DNA of 64,000 bases from Bacteroidota bacterium. GTDB lineage: Bacteria > Bacteroidota > Bacteroidia > CAILMK01 > JAAYUY01. Of this stretch, positions 11,175-18,768 are shown piece after piece. The position numbers and the translations under genes were made by a program. Below the pieces are notes generated by a model that worked only from the letters and a program-made list of their open reading frames with translations, made no database searches and was not told the origin of the DNA. The stretch covers positions 18,641 through 82,640 of the forward strand of contig JABINZ010000010.1 in NCBI GenBank assembly GCA_018698135.1, read 5' to 3'. Numbering within the stretch: the stretch's first letter is position 1; the number at the start of each line of letters is the position of its first letter.

Positions 11175-13640
11175 TTATAATGAAGCTGAATAAGGTAAAG
11201 ATTTAATAAAACTCTCCATATATTCCCAATCAGGGTTACCATTTTTGTCAGCAGGCAAAGAGATTTTCTCTTTCTTTAGTCTTGAATCGCTTATTTCTCG
11301 AGCAAAATTGTATTTTGGCTTTAGTGATTCTATAATAGGTTTAAGAAATGTTGCTAAATACTGATTTAATTTAATCTTTTTGTCATTTGGATAAATAACA
11401 GTGCAATGGTCTGAAATTACGAAGTCATAAGTATGATAAAAAACATAGCCAACACTTCCACTATTGTTAAGTGTTAAACAATTATTATATACAGTCATCT
11501 TCTCAGGAGGTGTTATATAATTGTCAATCCCATTATTCAATTTAGTAGATGATACATAAGCAACATCACCAGATATTTGGTCTAAAGTCGTAAGACGTTT
11601 TCCTCGATTAAATTTAAATACTTCAGGAAAAGAATATTCTTTCCATTTAGTTATATCTAAATCAAAATTTGATGTTTTAGAAACAGGTTCTTTATTAATG
11701 CTATCAACTAAAATTTCTAGTAATGATATTTCATCTATTTCTTTATTTAATAGGTCAAATTTAAATTTCAAAGAAAAAATCAAGTGTTGTTTAATGCTTA
11801 TAATAAATGAGTTTTTCGAGACATGAGAGTAATCTGTTTTAGAATGAGCTTGTATTATCCACTCATCTTTTGATGAAATTTTAGTTTTTAATAATTTATA
11901 ATTGTCCTGGTATTTGACTGGATTTTGTAATTTTTTCAATAAATCTTTTTTGATAGCATTCCACTTATTTAGAACATCTGTCCTGCCTCTATTTTTAGAT
12001 AAAACAAAGCCATCATCATCCATATTGAAAAATACAACTTCTTTATTATTATGTGGAGAATTAGTTTCAAAAATCGCAATTGCAGTATGTGTTGAAGCAT
12101 TAGGCTGAAAAAGTTCACTAGGAGTATTTATTACATATTTTAAGGAATGCTTTGATAAAATTCTTTTTCTAATTACATCCTCCTTGAAATAAGTTGACAG
12201 CGGAGCAATTATTATCCCATATCTACTAACATTATCTAATAAACTTTCTAGGAATTGTATTTCCTTTTTTGTTGGATTTTCTTTGGTGTCTCTTCCTCCG
12301 TATGGGGGATTTATGAATCCAATTGATGGGAAAATACCCTCTTTTTTCAACTCAGAAAGCACTGTTTTTGCATATCCAGTGAAGGAATCTATATTGTAAA
12401 TTCGTGATTTCCCATCACCTCTGAAAAGCATATTCGAAATTGCAAGAGAATACATTGTAGTACTTTTCTCAAAGCCAATCAACTGGTTTTCTTTCAGAGT
12501 TTTAATTTTCGCTTGCTTATTTGCAATATTAGAATCTTCGATTTCAGATATTAGTTTATTCATCCCTGAAATTAAAAATGTCCCAGTACCACAACAACTA
12601 TCAAAAACCACATCATTGGTTTTTATATCAATAAGCTCAGTAAATAGTTTTGTGATATGACTTGGTGTTAAAACTATGCCTTTTTTAACATTGGCGATAC
12701 CTGCATAGCGTAAAAATTCCTCATAGAATTTTCCAATTATATCGTAATTTGTTTTTTTATTAAATAATGGGATTACATTATCTTCTAATTCTTTCAGAAT
12801 ATCCTTTAAAATATCAGAAGATAACAAATCATGGTCTGTATTTATAAATGCCAATTCGTTGATTAGCACACTGATTTTATCATTGTCAATTCCTTCAGCA
12901 GTTAAAATATCAAGAATAATATTAGGTATGTTTCGTATTATCGTTTGAGCAGCCCAATTGCTATAACTCCTTTTAAAATCATTTACAACATTATCTCTAT
13001 CGTATAAACAAATCATCAGAGCACTCAAAAGAATTGGTCTTTTCTGAGAATCCAATGTTCTTAGCATTCTGTTTATCTCTCCTGATGAAATAGATATGTT
13101 TTTTGAAATACTTTCAATATCAATATTCTCGAAGAAGGCTAGATAATCATCTTCATTGAGTAACTCATTAGTTTCAATATTTTTAATTTCATCATCAAAA
13201 ATTATGTAAGTGCTTATCAGATGATTATATTCATCATTAATATCGCCAGATGTAGCAATGCCAACAATTGACCAATTTGCAAAATAATCTTTAAGAGTAG
13301 CTTTTTTATTCAATAAACTTGAAGACAAGAAAAATGATAAATAATGCTTAACCCCATCAACAGCATACCCAATAGGGTTGTCTCCCCTCTTCGAAGCATG
13401 GTCTTTAATTGAATCCTTATTTTCAACTAGTATTAAAATCCTTTTTGCTTCACTTATGTAAATTAAATCAGGCTCTCCCCTCTGTCCCGTATTTTTCTTG
13501 CTTGATGTATCAAGAACTTCCTGAACATAATTATTTTCACTTTTCTTTGTAGTCCACTTCTTACTAAAAGTTTTATTTGAAGCTATATAATTAAATAATT
13601 CAATATCTAATTGTGCTTCATTTTTTCTAATCTTTGCCAT
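11175..13640 (-). CDS. Single-chain Type IIG-like restriction-modification enzyme. An N-terminal PD-(D/E)xK (HSDR_N-like) nuclease domain is followed by a gamma-class N6-adenine DNA methyltransferase and an HsdS-like target-recognition domain.
   Basis: N-terminus has GEPDLIYISEAKRILILVENKD (PD...E-x-K). MTase motif I is FDSCCGTGTF and motif IV is NPPYG, in gamma order. The C-terminal ~220 aa resemble Type I S-subunit TRDs. The gene looks more AT-rich than its neighbours by eye. Confidence 0.7.
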   Translation of the reverse strand: MAKIRKNEAQLDIELFNYIASNKTFSKKWTTKKSENNYVQEVLDTSSKKNTGQRGEPDLIYISEAKRILILVENKDSIKDHASKRGDNPIGYAVDGVKHYLSFFLSSSLLNKKATLKDYFANWSIVGIATSGDINDEYNHLISTYIIFDDEIKNIETNELLNEDDYLAFFENIDIESISKNISISSGEINRMLRTLDSQKRPILLSALMICLYDRDNVVNDFKRSYSNWAAQTIIRNIPNIILDILTAEGIDNDKISVLINELAFINTDHDLLSSDILKDILKELEDNVIPLFNKKTNYDIIGKFYEEFLRYAGIANVKKGIVLTPSHITKLFTELIDIKTNDVVFDSCCGTGTFLISGMNKLISEIEDSNIANKQAKIKTLKENQLIGFEKSTTMYSLAISNMLFRGDGKSRIYNIDSFTGYAKTVLSELKKEGIFPSIGFINPPYGGRDTKENPTKKEIQFLESLLDNVSRYGIIIAPLSTYFKEDVIRKRILSKHSLKYVINTPSELFQPNASTHTAIAIFETNSPHNNKEVVFFNMDDDGFVLSKNRGRTDVLNKWNAIKKDLLKKLQNPVKYQDNYKLLKTKISSKDEWIIQAHSKTDYSHVSKNSFIISIKQHLIFSLKFKFDLLNKEIDEISLLEILVDSINKEPVSKTSNFDLDITKWKEYSFPEVFKFNRGKRLTTLDQISGDVAYVSSTKLNNGIDNYITPPEKMTVYNNCLTLNNSGSVGYVFYHTYDFVISDHCTVIYPNDKKIKLNQYLATFLKPIIESLKPKYNFAREISDSRLKKEKISLPADKNGNPDWEYMESFIKSLPYSASL

Positions 13641-13641
13641 A

Positions 13642-13965
13642 CTATAAATCTAATTTACCTTGTTTGGCATTAACACCTTGTAAATATTTGACAGTATTCT
13701 CTGCAACAATAAAAGTCTTTTCAGAACATCCATTTATGTAAGCTTCTTTCGCAAATTTATCTCCGAAAAACAATTCTTTCATCAGAGTTATGTCAGTATC
13801 AAATAATTCTGCAAGTTTCTCCAATTTAGACCGAGTAAAAAGGTCTTTATTATTCTCAATCCGACTAATTTTAGTCATATTAATTCCTAACTTTGCTCCT
13901 AAATCTGTTTGAGTCCATCCTCTTTTTTCTCTTTCTTTTTTTATAAAATATCCAAAACTTGTCAT
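13642..13965 (-). CDS. XRE-family helix-turn-helix transcriptional regulator (candidate controller/C-protein of the adjacent RM gene)
   Basis: Cro/C1-type HTH_3 signature (WTQTDLGAKLGINMTKISRIENNK). The stop abuts the RM gene start with a 1-bp gap, consistent with an operon. Confidence 0.75.
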   Translation of the reverse strand: MTSFGYFIKKEREKRGWTQTDLGAKLGINMTKISRIENNKDLFTRSKLEKLAELFDTDITLMKELFFGDKFAKEAYINGCSEKTFIVAENTVKYLQGVNAKQGKLDL

Positions 13966-14003
13966 TTTTCAGCTTTATGAATTTTTGCTTGACCTCAAAA
14001 CAT

Positions 14004-14022
14004 CAAAAATACACAATTGTGT
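14004..14022 (-). promoter_or_regulatory. Candidate promoter -7 box (TATTTTTG on the minus strand) overlapping a perfect 12-bp palindrome ACACAATTGTGT; putative operator for the HTH regulator
   Basis: On the minus strand the Bacteroidetes -7 consensus TAnnTTTG lies 37 nt upstream of the HTH ATG. The palindrome at 14011-14022 directly abuts it and a TTTG sits 14 nt further upstream. Confidence 0.4.
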
Positions 14023-14260
14023 TGTCAAACTAAAATTTTTTATCAACTTTTCATCTGTTGGCAAAAAAACTCTTTTGAAAATTTTCGATGCCTATCTGCT
14101 CGTAGTATTTTAAGATATGTTTTTTGTGAGTGAGCTTGCAAGCTTCAATCAGCAAAAACATGACTTGTAGTATAAAGCATGATTCGAGTTACTACCCTTA
14201 ATAACATTTTATGATTATTGTCCTCTTGAAAGACATTGACAGAAAATGTGTGACTATAAA

Positions 14261-14764
14261 TTAATCTAGTGAAAATCGAATCGGATAATTTATAAAAACT
14301 CGTTGTGTAACACCTCTTTGTTTTCCGGGCTTCCAAGCAGGCATCAATTTCACTAATCTGAGCACTTCAGCATCAAAACCAGGGGTTAAACTTTTAATAA
14401 TTTTGGCATTTGAAATGCTTCCATCTTTCTCGACAATAAAATTCACTACGACTAAGCCTTGAATTCCATTCTCTTTTTCAAGTTGAGGATAGATTAGATT
14501 TTTACTAATGAAACTTTGTATTGAATCCATCCCACCAACAAACTCAGGCTGATCTTCAACTACATAATATATAGCATCATCTCTGTTCAATTCATCTTCA
14601 GGAATAGGGATATTTATGACTTCGATATCAAAGTCTTCGATGATATTGGTTTCTATATCAGGAACTTCTTTTTTGGTTTTGCTGCTGTCAATTGTTTGGG
14701 AAAAAGTTAACTGCACCAGAAAAAGCAAAAGTAAAATGGTCAGAAAATACAGTTTTGAATGCAT
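14261..14764 (-). CDS. TonB C-terminal-domain protein (secreted or periplasmic, 167 aa)
   Basis: Signal peptide plus a TonB_C-like domain (EDQPEFVGGMDSIQSFISKNLIYP...GIQGLVVVNFIVEKDGSISN...). Confidence 0.7.
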   Translation of the reverse strand: MHSKLYFLTILLLLFLVQLTFSQTIDSSKTKKEVPDIETNIIEDFDIEVINIPIPEDELNRDDAIYYVVEDQPEFVGGMDSIQSFISKNLIYPQLEKENGIQGLVVVNFIVEKDGSISNAKIIKSLTPGFDAEVLRLVKLMPAWKPGKQRGVTQRVFINYPIRFSLD

Positions 14765-14875
14765 AGTTTTTTCTGCAATTTATAAATTTTTTAGAATTAT
14801 AGTTATACTGATTTGTCCAATGCAACTTTTTACGTTTTTTGGATATTGATTATCTTTGAACAAATACGAATAAGT

Positions 14876-15220
14876 ATGGCATATGATGAACTATTGGCTG
14901 GAAGACTAAAACTGGCTCTCGATAAAAAAGGAACTGATTACACAGAAAAGAAAATGTTTGGAGGTGTGGCTTACATGGTTGATGACAAAATGTGTGTTGG
15001 CATTGTTAACAACAATATTATGGCACGTATTGATCCTGAAATACAAGAGCAAGCATTAAAAAAGCCAGGATGTAAGGTGATGGATTTTACGAATCGTCCG
15101 ATGAAAGGTTTTGTCTATATTGATGAGAATGGATATGAAAAAGACAATGACTTGGACTACTGGGTTGGGTTAGCACTTGAATTTAATCCGAAAGCAAAGG
15201 TAGGCAAGAAAAAGAAGTGA
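14876..15220 (+). CDS. TfoX N-terminal-domain (TfoX/Sxy family) protein
   Basis: MAYDELLAGRLKLAL...EKKMFGGVAYMVDDKMCVGIV matches the TfoX_N domain. The ORF-track start at 14813 is a TTG codon; the ATG at 14876 is preferred. Confidence 0.7.
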   Translation: MAYDELLAGRLKLALDKKGTDYTEKKMFGGVAYMVDDKMCVGIVNNNIMARIDPEIQEQALKKPGCKVMDFTNRPMKGFVYIDENGYEKDNDLDYWVGLALEFNPKAKVGKKKK

Positions 15221-15246
15221 TTTCAAGGTATGTTTCTTGCTTTCAA

Positions 15247-15624
15247 ATGGCTTCAAAAAAAAAGATACTTTTAATGAAGCAGGAAAAACAAAACCGCAAA
15301 GCATTCTTCAAACAATTAGGTTTAGTAGCCGGTGGTGCTATTACCTCCTCTTTCACAACTGATTCAAAAAAAACAATTAGTTTTTCAGAATTTACGCAAG
15401 AACAAAAAGATTTTCTGAAGGAATATGCCCTTTGGCTGGATGACTTTAATGGTTTTGTGGAAACTCAAAAAACGGATGTAAATAATTTGGCAAACAACAA
15501 AAAATTGATGGAATTAGCTGAGCAAGCTGAAAGGAATAGAATAGAGTTGGAAGGTTATATGAAAAATGAACGCTTTGCTATTTATTACCAGACCATTAGC
15601 ATGAAGGTGAAAAAAGCTATCTAA
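15247..15624 (+). CDS. Hypothetical protein, possibly translationally coupled to the TfoX_N gene
   Basis: ORF with an N-terminal NRKAFFKQLGLVAGGAI hydrophobic or Tat-like segment and a coiled C-terminus. An alternative GTG start at 15217 overlaps the upstream stop codon. Confidence 0.5.
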   Translation: MASKKKILLMKQEKQNRKAFFKQLGLVAGGAITSSFTTDSKKTISFSEFTQEQKDFLKEYALWLDDFNGFVETQKTDVNNLANNKKLMELAEQAERNRIELEGYMKNERFAIYYQTISMKVKKAI

Positions 15625-15653
15625 ATTTAACTCAGCTTTTGAAAACTACTAAA

Positions 15654-16484
15654 CTATTTCAATTTAAAGTCAAAAGTGATGGTTCCATACTGCTCTTCAG
15701 CTCCTTCAGGATCAGCCGTAAAGCGAGCTTGCTTGGCTGATGCAATGGCTTTCTGAACCAATGGTCCAACTGTGATTCCTCCTCCTTTACTTAAAGCTTT
15801 TGCACCGATCACATATCCTTTTTTATTGACTGTAATCTCAATAATAACGCGAGCTACTTTTTGTGTATTGTCCTCAATAGCAGGAGGTGGTTTAACAACT
15901 CCTCTGCCAGTTAGAAGAATATTACCATAACCTTTTTCAGATCCACCCACTCCTAAATTTGTCGAATTAGGACTTCCATTTGGGTTTCCCTGATTCCCTT
16001 CCTTTTCGCCATTACCTTTTCCTGATTTTTTATCACTCTTTGAAAACTCATACTTAGGATTGGATTTTCTTTCTGGCTCTTTTTCCTCCACTTTTGTTTC
16101 TTCCGTGGCTTTTTCTGTCTTGGTTTCTGTTTTTGTTTCAACAGGATTTTCTTTTTTTTCTTCCTTTTTTTCAGGTATAACCACTTCGCTTTCAGTTTCT
16201 GTCGCAACTTCAGTTTCTGAAGCTTCTGGAACTGCTTCACTACTTGAAGGTGTGGGCGTTGATGGTTGAATTATAGGTTGTTCGGGTAGAGATGCACCGG
16301 GGGAACCATATTCCAGTTCGCCAAGCATAACTTCTATTCCACCTTCTTCAGGTAAAGGCAGTATTGTTTTAAATCCAAATAACATAAAAATAGCAAACAA
16401 AATCGAAAAGAAAACGGTGGTTCCAATTGTAGCACTTACTCTATCTTTCTTTTTAGTGCCATCATCTTCATATGATCTTTTCAT
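15654..16484 (-). CDS. tonB: Energy transducer TonB
   Basis: N-terminal TM anchor, a Pro/Glu/Lys/Thr-rich spacer and a TonB_C domain; last gene of the exbB-exbD-tonB operon. Confidence 0.8.
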   Translation of the reverse strand: MKRSYEDDGTKKKDRVSATIGTTVFFSILFAIFMLFGFKTILPLPEEGGIEVMLGELEYGSPGASLPEQPIIQPSTPTPSSSEAVPEASETEVATETESEVVIPEKKEEKKENPVETKTETKTEKATEETKVEEKEPERKSNPKYEFSKSDKKSGKGNGEKEGNQGNPNGSPNSTNLGVGGSEKGYGNILLTGRGVVKPPPAIEDNTQKVARVIIEITVNKKGYVIGAKALSKGGGITVGPLVQKAIASAKQARFTADPEGAEEQYGTITFDFKLK

Positions 16485-16526
16485 GGCTTTGTTCTTTATT
16501 TAGTTAATAACTCCAAAAGAGCTAAT

Positions 16527-16943
16527 TTATTTTGGATCAGTGGCTAAAATCACTTTTGCCCCTAATTGTTTTCCTAATATCATTACTTTCACAACCTCTT
16601 GAGTTGCCACACTTCCATCGACATTAATAACAACCGAACCTCTCGAATCTTCGGTTACTGTTGCATCAGCTGGAGGCAATAGCCTATCAATTTCAGCATT
16701 CAGCTGATCATATGAATATTGAGTACTTCCAATGTAATATTCAAGGTTGGTTGTGATACTTACACTTACCGGATCAACTTGCTTTTCAACCACATTTTTT
16801 GCTTTTGGTAAATGCAGATTTAAAGCATTTAATGTCACAAAGCTGGATGTAAGCATAAAAAAGATAAGCAACAGAAAAATAATGTCGGTTAATGACGACA
16901 TGCTAAATTCCGCTTTAATTTCTGTATTTCTTTTAATGGCCAT
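16527..16943 (-). CDS. exbD: Biopolymer transport protein ExbD/TolR
   Basis: 138 aa with a single N-terminal TM helix; ExbD family size and position. Confidence 0.8.
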   Translation of the reverse strand: MAIKRNTEIKAEFSMSSLTDIIFLLLIFFMLTSSFVTLNALNLHLPKAKNVVEKQVDPVSVSITTNLEYYIGSTQYSYDQLNAEIDRLLPPADATVTEDSRGSVVINVDGSVATQEVVKVMILGKQLGAKVILATDPK

Positions 16944-16945
16944 GA

Positions 16946-17638
16946 CTATATGGGTTCGTGTAACACATCAATAAATTCAACGGCAGTAGCTTCCATTTTA
17001 AACACCACTTTCTTGATCATAGAAGATAGGATGTTATACCCAATGAAGGCTAAAATCCCAACTGCTAAACCAGAAGCAGTTGTAACCATTGCTTCGTAAA
17101 TACCACCGGATAATGCTTGAGGATCAATATTATTGCCTCCTGCCTTTGACAGTTTGTAAAAAGCCTCTATCATTCCAGTAACAGTTCCTAAAAATCCAAT
17201 CATAGGGGCTGCACCAGATATAGTTCCCAAGGTAGCTAAACGTTTTTCTAATTTAAATACCTCCAGATTTGCCACGTTTTCAACAGAAGTAGAAATATCC
17301 TTTAATGGATTCCCAATCCTTGAAATACCTTTTTCCATCATACGAGCCACAGGACTATCTTTGGTCATACAAATAGATCGCGCTCCTTCGATATTTCCGC
17401 CTATCACCAAATCTCTGATTTTGTTCATGAAATTATCATCAATTTTTGTAGAACGCTGAATAACCAAGTAGCGTTCAATAAAAATATAGATACCAATGAT
17501 ACCTAACAAAATAATCGGAATCATGATCCATCCACCTTTAATCAGGAGTTCAATGACACGAAGTTTATCAACAGTTTGTTCTGCTGCAGCCACTGCTTCT
17601 GTAGCTACTAAATCGGTTTGCAAAAGAATTGTTCTCAT
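16946..17638 (-). CDS. exbB: MotA/TolQ/ExbB proton-channel protein
   Basis: 230 aa with three TM segments and a conserved MotA_ExbB C-terminal region (GTVTGMIEAF...GLAVGILAFIGYN). Confidence 0.85.
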   Translation of the reverse strand: MRTILLQTDLVATEAVAAAEQTVDKLRVIELLIKGGWIMIPIILLGIIGIYIFIERYLVIQRSTKIDDNFMNKIRDLVIGGNIEGARSICMTKDSPVARMMEKGISRIGNPLKDISTSVENVANLEVFKLEKRLATLGTISGAAPMIGFLGTVTGMIEAFYKLSKAGGNNIDPQALSGGIYEAMVTTASGLAVGILAFIGYNILSSMIKKVVFKMEATAVEFIDVLHEPI

Positions 17639-17639
17639 T

Positions 17640-18632
17640 TTACTGTTTTAAAATCCAGGCTGCTGAATTTTCGTTTTGATTTATAGTTTGTAAATATTTT
17701 AATGCTTCATTTGATACTTCAAAGCGATCATAACTCACTCTGATGTAACCGTTATTACCTTCAAGCACTTCACTTCGTGGATAATTCTTATTGATTAATA
17801 CATCCTGAAATGATTCTGCATTCTGAGAATCTTTGAATGATCCTCCAATAATATAATATAACGGACCAAGTACTACTTCTGGTATAATGGCTTCTTCAGC
17901 TACTTCATTTACTATTTCTTCCGTAGTTTCAATTTCTGCAATTACTTCATTTGTTTTAATATCTTCTATTGTTTTTGTATCAAACTTCTCAATTACTTCT
18001 GACTTTTTAAAAATATTGAATCCACTTTCTTGTCCCGTAAATGGCTCTTTCAATAAAAACAATGCCCATAAAGCTACCAGAATCGGCAAATAAGCAGTAA
18101 CCGCATAAAAAACAATTTTCCGATTCTTCTTATTTGAATTTCCGTTAATCCTCTCTAATTTCTTTTCTGGAGATAAATCCTGAAGAAGATCTGTCTGTAA
18201 AACAATTCTTCTGCGATTTACAGCTTCTATTGGAATGGCTTGTAAACCAAATGATTCTTTTAGAAAATTGATTGAATTGTAAGGTTTGAATATTATTTTT
18301 TGATCGCTATTCAAGGTCAATTCCCCAATTTTGTTTAAGCGAATACTTTGGCCTTGCTGTAACTTATCATTCCATGATTTTACAATCAATTCAATGTTTT
18401 CATTCGCCTGATCAAAACTTATTCCTTCAATATTGGCAACATGATGCGATAGCAATGCATCATTACTAACCAGGCTGGAATTAAAAGCAATTTGTTTTGT
18501 AGGTGGACTGATGATTTGCTTTTGTTCATCTAATTCTGCTGAAACGAAATTGGCAATAAATGCTCCGAATGATGGAACGATCACACAATTGTGATCATAT
18601 AATAGGTTGGCTATGTAATTATCGAGTACCAA
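17640..18632 (-). CDS. HU-like/SPOR domain protein (peptidoglycan-binding) encoded upstream of exbB
   Basis: The N-terminus resembles the HU-CCDC81 bacterial domain. The C-terminal ~75 aa (YYIIGGSFKDSQNAESF...) resemble a SPOR domain. Confidence 0.55.
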   Translation of the reverse strand: MVLDNYIANLLYDHNCVIVPSFGAFIANFVSAELDEQKQIISPPTKQIAFNSSLVSNDALLSHHVANIEGISFDQANENIELIVKSWNDKLQQGQSIRLNKIGELTLNSDQKIIFKPYNSINFLKESFGLQAIPIEAVNRRRIVLQTDLLQDLSPEKKLERINGNSNKKNRKIVFYAVTAYLPILVALWALFLLKEPFTGQESGFNIFKKSEVIEKFDTKTIEDIKTNEVIAEIETTEEIVNEVAEEAIIPEVVLGPLYYIIGGSFKDSQNAESFQDVLINKNYPRSEVLEGNNGYIRVSYDRFEVSNEALKYLQTINQNENSAAWILKQ

Positions 18633-18768
18633 TGTAGCTAATTCTCCTTTTCTAAAAACTGATTTGCAAATTTCTGAAATATCCCTAACTAATAAGCGAA
18701 CTTAAGCTTTTTTTTTCAACAAAAATGAATTAAAAGTTAGATGCAAAACAGGCATATTTTCCATAGAT

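Noticed and set aside
14145-14336. 63-aa ORF spanning the intergenic region and the 3' end of the TonB_C gene
   Set aside because: It overlaps a well-supported gene, has no domain or signal features, and is most likely spurious.
15953-16240. 95-aa Lys/Arg-rich ORF on the minus strand, and a 69-aa ORF on the plus strand, inside tonB
   Set aside because: Both are frame-shifted or antisense readings of the low-complexity Pro/Glu/Lys/Thr spacer of TonB. The composition is a translation artefact of that repeat, not an independent gene.
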